DNA of 64,000 nucleotides from Octopus vulgaris (lineage: Eukaryota): the NCBI GenBank assembly GCA_951406725.2, contig OX597831.1, positions 24,428,001 to 24,492,000 of the forward strand. The letters are read 5' to 3'. This document shows positions 54,563-64,000 of this stretch, piece after piece; the first letter of the stretch is position 1, and each line of letters begins with the position of its first letter. Position numbers and translations under genes: made by a program. A model generated the notes under the pieces. It saw only the letters and a program-made list of their open reading frames with translations, did no database searches and was not told where the DNA came from.

Positions 54563-55147
54563 TTGTGCATTATTAAATGTACAGGTAGTGGAATAGAAAA
54601 TCAGTTTTAAAAATAAATACTGCCAGAATTAGCAGAATTTACTTGATGAATAAGTTGCATCAGTCTTGTGATGGTAATAATCTTTTTTGTGATATTACCT
54701 CCAGAAAAACATCTTTCAGAAATAGATTGGAAGTCCTTGTCAAGGCTGAATGTTTCTGGATGCAATGAGTACTGTTGTGTTTGTACAGATTTTCGAATTG
54801 ACATTTTAAAATGTCCAACAAGAGTGGCAGGTAGATGAGAAATGTATCCGTTAATAATTCTAATTCGTCAACAGACATATTGAAGAATGTTCGCTGAAAA
54901 GTAAAGATCTTAGAATAGCAACATAATGGAATATTAAAGTTGAAGTAATCAAAGCATAAACTCCATTACAATGATTGCAGTTTCTCTCATGTTGGGACAC
55001 CATAATGCATTATGTGTGCATATGCGAGTGCATATATACATATATGTATATATATAAATATACACACACATATATATATATATATATACTTCATCTTTGT
55101 ATCATGTTTGCAAGATTCTTCGTGTGAATTCATGTGTCGAAACAAAT

Positions 55148-55438
55148 TTTGTTGTGTCTAGGATGAGTCATCATGCCAATATAATTAATACACACACTGA
55201 TTCAATTCCATTCATTTATTAGATATCTGATTTCTTTTCTTAATATGTTCTTGTCAAAATATTTTTGCTGTTTTTTGCAACAATCTATTCACTATTGATA
55301 GGCACTGAGAAGTTTGCGAAAAGCACTGAAAAAACCCAAATATTTCATGAATGAGTGGAATTGAACCAGTGTGTGTGTGTGTTTGTGGGGGGGGGGGGGT
55401 TAATTATATTGGCATGATGACTCCCTAGACACAACAAT
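55148..55438. repeat. Degenerate inverted-repeat element in (TA)n, Penelope-style
   Basis: TTGTTGTGTCTAGGATGAGTCATCATGCCAATATAATTAA versus its inverse at 55400-55438. Confidence 0.6.
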
Positions 55439-55578
55439 ATCTATACATATATATGTGTGTATGTACATGCGTGTGTGTGTATGTATGTGTGTATATATGT
55501 ATGTGTGAATATATATATTATGTGTGTATATATATGTATGTGTATATATATATGTATGTATGTATATATGTGTGTGTG

Positions 55579-55621
<43 letters not shown>

Positions 55622-55660
55622 ATGTGTGTATATGTATATATATGTATGTATGTATGTCGG

Positions 55661-55691
<31 letters not shown>

Positions 55692-56852
55692 ATGTGTGTG
55701 CATATATATGTATGTATATATATATGTGTGTATATATGTGTATGTACATGTGTATATGTATGTATATATATATATGTATGTGTCTGTATATATGTATCTA
55801 TAGATAGATATAGATATATATACATAAACATATCATGGAAAGCGGGCATTAAATGATGATGGCAATATATATGTATACACACACACTCACACACATACAC
55901 ACACACACACACTTATAAATGAAAATCATAAAACAAGCATATCCTTTATACATACATATTTATTTCCTGATATGTTTATGTGTGATTATGTGTGTGTGTG
56001 TGCATATAAACACATAATGCCGGACTGAATGAAATATGAATGCCAGATAAACAGGATTGCATACCCAGACCGTTGTTTCGCTTGGTCATCTCTTCAGTCA
56101 ACCATGCACATTGGCAGATGGAAGGGAAAAATATTAATTTATGTATGACTCTACACACTTCCAGCATAAAGCTGCTTAATATGTTTTTGCTGCACAGAAT
56201 AAAAAAAATAGCTATAAACACACATGCACTCACCGGCATATATATGTGATTCTCCACTGACCTATTGAATTGACCAATTACAAACGTGATGACCAGATTA
56301 AATCTTGCAACAGTATATCTCTGAACCAATATGTATTAATAGCACAAGTTAAACATAGACTAAAGTCCATGATTATTTTAATATAGCTATCCAATCAAGG
56401 TGGAGAATGGTATTGTTATTCCTAAATCAGATAAAGACCTCCATCAGTTGCCATTCTAAATCATTTCCACTGAGATTTATTAAAACATTTTACTCATAGA
56501 TCCTCATGTACCCATTCCATGTACAACACACCCTTACATTCTATTTCAGAATATCGTGATTCGGCAAAGTAGAATAGTTCTTGGTTTTGTTCTTTGGCAT
56601 TGTCTGGGTAATCAGCAATGAAGTGTGCTCTGCTAGAAAAAATTCTGCTGAATCAAGCTTCTTAGAAAGCCATGATGTGGTTTCATGTCTCCTCATAAAA
56701 AAAAAACAACAAAAAAAAAAGCATAATGGTTTTGATTCGGCATGTGTGTAGCCATAGAGAATATTTATATGCATGCGCACAAAAAAAAATATATATATGC
56801 ATATATACACACAATTTACATGCAAACAAGTGTTTCTGATGATACATACATG

Positions 56853-56912
<60 letters not shown>

Positions 56913-56943
56913 CAGCATCTCTCTCTCTCTCTTTATATATTAT

Positions 56944-56982
<39 letters not shown>

Positions 56983-57094
56983 TTTCTATATATACATATT
57001 ATTTCTATATATTATATATATTATATATATATATTATCTTTATATATATTATATATATATATTATCTTTATATATATAATATATATGTATATAT

Positions 57095-57173
<79 letters not shown>

Positions 57174-57205
57174 TATATGTATATGTATTCTTTCTATATA
57201 TTATA

Positions 57206-57242
<37 letters not shown>

Positions 57243-57320
57243 ATATATTATTTATATGTATATGTATTCTTTCTATATATCATATATATATATATATATA
57301 TATAGATAGATAGATACATA
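56853..57320. repeat. (TG)n and degenerate (TA)n tract
   Basis: Direct reading. Confidence 0.95.
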
Positions 57321-59163
57321 GTCTCTCTAAAGTGCAAGTATCTAAAAGTGGACGTCAAAATAATGATAATGATTACACCCGCACACATACAAATTTGTAC
57401 AAGTGGATGTAAAAACGATGATTATAATATATATATATACATATATATATACACACACACACACATACACATCTATAAAAAAAACGCAGGTACATGCACA
57501 CATTCACTAACAGATACAAAAACTTGTCTGTGGTGTGTATATGTATAACTATATAACTCTGCCTCCAAACATATATGTATTTCTATGGACATACACATAG
57601 TTCTGTGCACATTTTTCTTGCATTTAATGTGTGTACGTTGGAGTCCAAATCAGTCTAAAACGGAGAGACTAAAGTTGAGCTCAGTGAGTGCTTCTGCTTG
57701 CTTTTCTTTTTCATTTTATATACAATCATCGACATTGTCTCTTTTTTTTTTATATATATTTATTTTATTCACTCAATTTCTAATAGACTGAATGATGTGG
57801 AATCCATTACCAGACAATTTTATCTTCTTTCTCAGTGCTCTCAAAGACAACAGGACTTCTTGAAGATGGCAAGATAAAGAAATTAAAATAAAAAAACTAT
57901 CAAGCATTTTGTCTTTTAAAATATCATTATGATTTTATGTATAAAGTTGTTGAAACTGAGTTTTGATAAAATGAATATCACATATGCACTTGCATATATT
58001 GTATGTACATAGTGGTATATTAAACTAAAGATGTGAGTGTGTGCATATATTTGCACTTATTTTGTGAGATATTTTAGACGCATATAACACATATATTTAC
58101 ACATATATGTATATATCTGTCAATGTATGTGTACATATATATATATGCATATGTGTGTATATTTATGTATATGTGAGTGTTTATATACATGCATATATAT
58201 ATAAATAATAACAAAGGGTGAAATTAATTAATTAAGAAGTAATCAGTAATTTCACCAAGTAGGATTCGGCATGAAAGGGACCATTTCATGGTAAGTTTAA
58301 GTAATACTATATAATTAGGGTTCAGCTACGATTTACTTCACCACATACCGAAGTTTAGAAATAGCAGTCAAAAAATCTTAGCTATTCCTTCTACTTTAAA
58401 GGGAGTTCCCAGAAAAACCAAAGCGCTTGAAAACAAGCTTATTATATAGAATTACATATATATATATATAGGTGAGAGAGTTGGTATGTGAAAGTACGCG
58501 GTTGGATGTATAAAAGACAACTTAACCATTTCTAACATTTTTTAAATAAGGTAACTCACCTCATTGAAAAAAATATAAAGCAAAACCTAACCACTTGTAA
58601 CATTCTATTCCTTCTCAAGCAAATCATGTTAAATTAATCAAGCCTAGTCATTCCCATCATTTTTGATTATCTCCCTTATACTGGAAAAAAAATCCTTGAT
58701 TACCTTTCCCTGCCTGGAACTCTATATTTCACAACATAGCAAAGACATGACACGATATAGATAAAGAAATTTGAGAAATTTGAAAAGAACATACAAAACT
58801 GGTTATTTCTACAAACACTATGTTACGATAAGCAAAATTTCATAACCTTTTTCTAACATAACGATTTAGATATATTCTTTAACCATATAACACAAGCCTT
58901 CTGTAGTTTTTTCACTCTATTATGTCTTTTATACATATATATGTGTGTGTGTGAGAGAGAGAGAGGTATTGGTATCCAGGAGACCCAAGGTGGCAGGTAA
59001 CACTATGTAAGTGCTATGGAAGGACCGTAGATAAGCTCTCAGTTTGATAATGATATGAGTGAGGAATCTAATACGGGTCTTGTATGAGCATGTTTATGTC
59101 AAATAAAATGAGACAACAAAGCCAAGGTTGTGTGGAATTTTCAGGACATTTTATAAAGAGTAA

Positions 59164-59211
59164 GTCTTACAGCTGTTTCTGGGATGTTAGGAATATCCCT
59201 TCATCAGAGAC
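59164..59211 (-). ncRNA. Minimal type I hammerhead ribozyme motif
   Basis: GUCU-CUGAUGA-AGGGAU..AUCCCA-GAAACAGCUGUA-AGAC; palindromic ACAGCUGU stem III. Confidence 0.75.
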
Positions 59212-59398
59212 AATGTATGATGGTTAAATAGAGGGAAATAGAGGAGAATATTAGAATTCTATAACATTTTTATACACTTTTATTTTTATTTCTAAAGTTA
59301 TTCTCCTATTTCTCTATATACTCCTTATTTGCTTTCTTTTCCAAAATAACTCCTCATATTGAATACTAATATTTCCCTCTATTCAACCATCATACATC

Positions 59399-59446
59399 GT
59401 CTCTGATGAAGGGATATCCATAATATCTCAGAAACAGCCGTAAGAC
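59399..59446 (+). ncRNA. Minimal type I hammerhead ribozyme motif
   Basis: GUCU-CUGAUGA-AGGGAUAU..AUAUCUCA-GAAACAGCCGUA-AGAC. Confidence 0.65.
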
Positions 59447-59511
59447 TAATTTTCTCTTTATAAGTGTCCTGAAAATTCCACACAACCTTGGCTTTGTTAT
59501 CTCATTTTATT

Positions 59512-59553
<42 letters not shown>

Positions 59554-59757
59554 GTATGTATGTATGTATATATGTATATATGTATATATATGTATGCATG
59601 TATATATGTGTGTGCATATATATATGTTTATATACTAAAATATGTATATATATGTATTTATATATATATATGTGTGCATATGTATATGTTTATATACAAA
59701 AATATGTGTGTATACATGTATGTATATGCATTATGTATATGTGTATACACACTAAAT

Positions 59758-59985
59758 GAAGACCAGTTACACATGGGATCTGCTATAGTCTGATGGTGTT
59801 GTTGTTATAGCTTTAGTAGTATTAGAAAATAAATTTGAACTGTGGAAGCAAAACCTCAGATCAAAGGGCCTAAAAGTTAACTTAGCAGAAACCAAAGTCT
59901 TAGTAAGAAAATAGTGAATACAGTGCTCCCATCAGAGAAATGGTCTTGCTTACTATATAGAACAGGCTTGATAGAAATTCTATGC
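59758..59985 (+). mobile_element. RTE-group reverse transcriptase remnant
   Basis: WDLL*SD (decayed WELLYADD) followed by KFELWKQNLRSKGLKVNLAETKVLV. Confidence 0.75.
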
Positions 59986-60081
59986 TTCTCAACTTCTCAT
60001 CTCAAGGGTTTCATATTACTGTGCTATGCAAATAGCTCTTTACAAAGACATTTCACTTTCAATTATAGTAAATTTCAAAAC

Positions 60082-60640
60082 TTTCTTTATTAGCCACACA
60101 GGGCTGAACACAGAGGGGACAAATACAAATGTAGAGCTTTTCTTTTCGAAAATGAAAAAGAAAAAGGAAAAAAAAAGGTAAAAACAAAATTCTGATCAAA
60201 AGAGATCAGAAAAAAAATGGCGATCAAAAAGGATCGTGTATCCCCAATTGAGGGAAGGTGGCGGAGCAATTGTCATGATAGACCCGGCTGACAGGTGGAC
60301 TCACCCACACATGACAGCAGCCATTCGGCATAAGCCCACAGGTCTGAAATGGTTGGACACCGCATGAGTGCATGCAGAACGGTTTTGTCGCTCTGACCGC
60401 ATCTGGGGCAAGTTGGTCCAGTGTGTCTTGAACTGTGCCTGTAGAGCTTATCCCAAACAGGTAATGCTTCTTGATAGCACTGCCAGGCCAGGGATCTTTG
60501 TTTATTGTCCATAGTTTCCGGCCCGAAAGTTGTCCTGGACAGGCAGGTCAGGTGTTCCTCGTTGATGCCCAGATTCTGCCTGAGAATGTCGTCGCACCTC
60601 CCCTCCACTAATCCTCTATAGAAGCCTTTGTTGTAATGAA
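60082..60640 (-). mobile_element. Tx1/L1-clade LINE 3' end
   Basis: QRSLAWQC..ALPV..CPRCG..TVLHALMRC CCHC motif; 3' UTR ending AATAAAGAAA. Confidence 0.85.
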
Positions 60641-60664
60641 GTCGCACAAGCTAGAATTAGCACA

Positions 60665-60850
60665 ACACTATTGCTTATTTTCTTCAAAGTAAACTTCAAT
60701 TCTTCAGACTATACTTCTTTGTTGTGTGTGTCCAGCTTTTCTGACAAATTATCATCTAATTTTTCAGTGGATAGGCCATCTTCTTCATTCCTGTCAACAA
60801 TTAATTTCGTGATATCATCTTCTCTAACAAATATCAAATCCACATCATGA
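60665..60850 (-). mobile_element. Possible Tigger/pogo transposase C-terminal remnant
   Basis: VREDDITKLIVDRNEEDGLSTEKL..*SEELKFTLKK resembles the acidic Tigger C-terminus. Confidence 0.35.
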
Positions 60851-61364
60851 CTATGAAAGGAAGAAGTCAATGGTAATAAAGAAAGTAGAACATCAATTAC
60901 AAGTGGCTCAAGGGAGAAAGAGTGATGACTGGCAGGGTAGAAAGGGTTGTGATGTATGTTGTAATGAGTTCTAATGTCATGGTAAAATAACACAGTAGAT
61001 ACAAAGAGAAGCAATGGGGATCTGTACTATTAGGAAGTGGGGGTGGGGAAGTAGGTGGAAACTTGATAGGGATGCAATGGGCAAAAGATGCAGATGTGTA
61101 CATACTTATTATGCCTCCAACCTCCATTACTCCCACCAGTTTTGGTTGAATCAAATGTGCACTCAGGTTTTTTAATCACTGCATGTAACCCATCAACTCT
61201 GACCTTTATATTTCTACTCCGTGAGGGTCAACGTCCTAAGATAAGTTTTCATAACTTCGTCCCACCTCTTTTTAGGTTTTTCTCTCTCACAGGTTCCATC
61301 CAGTGTAAGCAATCTGTACTTCCTTATAAAGCTGTTCTCAGCAATATGGAATATCCTCCTCCTC

Positions 61365-61685
61365 GTCATCATCGTTTAACGTTCGTTTTCCATGCTAGCA
61401 TGGGTTGGATGGTTTGACTAAGGTCTAGGAAGCCAGGAGGCCTGCACCAGGCTCCAGTCTGATCTGGCAGTGTTTCTACAGCTGGATGCCCTTCCTAATG
61501 TCAACCACTCTGTGAGTGAAGTGGGTGCTTTTTACATGCCACCGGCACAGGGGCCAGAGGAGGCTGGCAAACAGCCACGATCTGTTGGTGATTTTACGTG
61601 CCACCAACACGGACACCAGTCAGGCGGCGCTGGCATCTGCCATGTTCAGACGGTGCTTTTAACGTGTCACCGGCATGAGTATCTT
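61365..61685 (-). mobile_element. Family C Meta-SINE
   Basis: Reverse-complement Meta core and units. Confidence 0.8.
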
Positions 61686-62710
61686 GTCCACATCAATACA
61701 GTGTTTGCTTTTACATACTACATCTGCTTCTTCTTAAGCCCTGCTTTCTCTTTTACACTTGCTGCAAACAATATATCTTGTAGTTTGGCAGTTTTATTTG
61801 ATTTGATATGGGGAAATAAATGAGATAAAAATACTCTATTTGAAAAAACCGTTTTGGATTAATGACAGGAAAAGTATTCAGCTATAGATTTCTTACTGGT
61901 TGAGGAAATCTCAACTAACCCATGTCAGAACAGAACAAAGATTATGGAAACATGTGAATGATAATAAGGATCATGAGGATACATATGTGTATGTGTGTAC
62001 ATATATATATGATAAAAATAAAAGATTCCAAACAAGTCTAAGTAAATTAATCTGGTCTGTTAAAGACAGAAACAAAGACTATACTATACTGTCTGTTGGG
62101 AATTAATTAGTACTGCAAAACCATACAAACTAGGAACTAATAAATATGACCTATGTTTAGAAGAATTTTAGCAAATTTTTACATCTAAGGGAAATATAAT
62201 AAATTCTAGACAGGAACAAATTGTAAGATGCTTGCACGTCAGAAAATTCATCTTTACTCAGTATAAATGAGTAATATACATTTAAGCAACATGCTTTGAA
62301 GTAACAGGCTATAAGTGATTGTCCAATCAAAACTTGAGTTGAAGATAGCTCATGTCTAAATTAATGAACAATTCTATATTATACAACGCTGAGTTGGTAA
62401 GTGAAAAACTTTAAATGATTAAATCAAATGATATTAAAGTGAAAACTCTGAAGGTACTGCACCAGTATTATAGTAGAGTTGCAATTACGACTGTTAGTAA
62501 TTGATGCAGTTAAAACATGTATAGGTTTATGTAAAGCTGTATATATAAAAAGGAATTAAAGGTAATGTTATGTCACTTTGTAATAATCCTTATTATTATT
62601 GATATACACATATACATACAGATATATATACATACACACACACACATATATAAATATATACACACATGCACACACACACATGTATACACATACACACACA
62701 CACGTGCATG

Positions 62711-62923
62711 TGAGGGGGTACTGAAAATTTGCCAGCTTTGAGGGTACCATGAAAGGTCTGGTTGGAGGCCCAACCTTCCAAGTTCTTTTGCAGAGCTTCG
62801 GAAACCTGAAGGACCACTGCAATAAGTGAGTGGATTTGAGAAGGGAATATACTGAATAGAATCATATTTAACTGATCCTTCTGTATTTTCCTTTACCTAA
62901 ACCCTGGAACTTTGCAGCACCCC

Positions 62924-62928
<5 letters not shown>
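62711..62928 (+). mobile_element. Mariner-derived non-autonomous element
   Basis: TIRs TGAGGGGGTACTGAAAATT / AACTTTGCAGCACCCTTCA; residual DHCNK*VDLRREYTE C-terminus. Confidence 0.7.
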
Positions 62929-62961
<33 letters not shown>

Positions 62962-63132
62962 AACACATATAATCATTATCATTGTTTTTTCCATAATTGC
63001 ATGGGTGAGATATAAGACTCCATTGAAACAGATTTTTCTGTAACTGAGTGATTTTACTGTTACAAACCATAATCTGTTTTCTGACAAAGCAATATTTCTC
63101 TTCGTCTTTTGAACAATAAACAGCCCAGATAT

Positions 63133-63735
63133 GTGCTGGTGTGGTTGTGTAGTAAGAAGCTTGCTTCCCAACCACATGTTTCTGGGTTCAATCTCACTCC
63201 ATAGTACCTTTAGCAAGTGTCTTCTGTTATAACCTGGGGCTGACCAAAGCCTTGTGAGTGGATTTGGAAGATGGAAACTGAAAAAAGCCGATCGTATATA
63301 TATGTGTGTGTGTACATGTGCGTGTGTTTTGCCATTCACCTTGGTGTTGTTTTGCTTGCATCTGCATAACCTAGCATTTCAGCCAAAGAGACTGATAGAA
63401 TAAGTACTGGTGTTAAGGTGGCGAGCTGGCAGAAACGTTAGCACACCGGGCGAAATGCTTAACAGTATTTTGTCTGCCACTATGTTCTGAGTTCAAATTC
63501 TGCTGGGGTCGACTTAGCCTTTCATTCTTGCAGGATCGATTAAATAAGCACCAGTTAGGCACTGGGGTCGTTATAATCGACTTAATCCCTTTGTCTGTCC
63601 TTGTTTGTCTTCTCTGCTTTTAGCCCCTAGTGAGCAATAAAGAAATAAGAATAAGTACTGGTGTTAATTTGTTCAAGGTGGTGCCCAAGGTGGTGCCCAA
63701 GCATGGCCACAGTCTGAAAACTAAAACGTAAACGC
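63133..63735 (+). mobile_element. Family A SINE interrupted by family B SINE (63417-63647)
   Basis: 20-bp TSD AGAATAAGTACTGGTGTTAA at 63397-63416 and 63648-63667. Confidence 0.9.
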
Positions 63736-64000
63736 TAAATGAATAAGAAGAAAAGTACCAAATATATTAACTCTACATGATCTGTGGAAGATTTTATTTA
63801 GTTGGTAGTAACATTGCATTGATGTTAGATTGAATATGGACGCCCGTAATAGGAAAACTGCTATAAATATTAAAAAATAAATTTCTCAATTTCTGTCTTG
63901 ACAGTTGATAACTTTCTGGAAGCATCTGTTATGTCATTGCAAAGATAATAGGTATTGGTCTCGAGAATAAATTACTGTTTATCTCATTTTTGTAGACAAA

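Larger units (their letters stand above)
59101..59513. mobile_element. Penelope-like inverted element (HHR family 3)
   Basis: Arms 59101-59240/59370-59513, each with a hammerhead. Confidence 0.75.

Noticed and set aside
60709-60850. Terminal host exon after a strong acceptor (minus strand)
   Set aside because: Coding-like character continues past the stop and resembles a Tigger C-terminus; kept only as a low-confidence TE remnant
62316-62326. miR-219-like TGATTGTCCAA
   Set aside because: Only 11 nt match and no precursor hairpin seen

Overview
AT-rich, microsatellite-saturated eukaryotic DNA. It is most likely an Octopus (coleoid cephalopod) intronic or intergenic region, inferred from the tRNA-derived CORE-, Nin/Deu- and Meta-domain SINE families and the (TA)n/(CA)n/(AAT)n load. 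I could not support any intact host protein-coding gene, and almost all ORF-track entries are microsatellite or SINE artefacts. The window is a TE graveyard. It holds a decayed Academ-like transposase (1-2960), a full-length decayed mariner with nested inserts (7791-10235), fragments of RTE, CR1-like, Tx1/L1 and Dong/R4 LINEs, and piggyBac-, hAT-, Tc1/mariner- and MuDR-like MITEs. The most notable signals are: (i) at least three unrelated families of short Penelope-style inverted-repeat elements carrying minimal type I hammerhead ribozymes, one of which has a tRNA-like Pol III head and a 13-bp TSD (35564-36648); (ii) SINE tails that can be matched by eye to candidate partner LINE 3' ends inside the same window; (iii) a pre-tRNA-Glu/LINE-tail chimera; and (iv) several local templated insertions. 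All family assignments come from manual translation and motif recall, not database searches.
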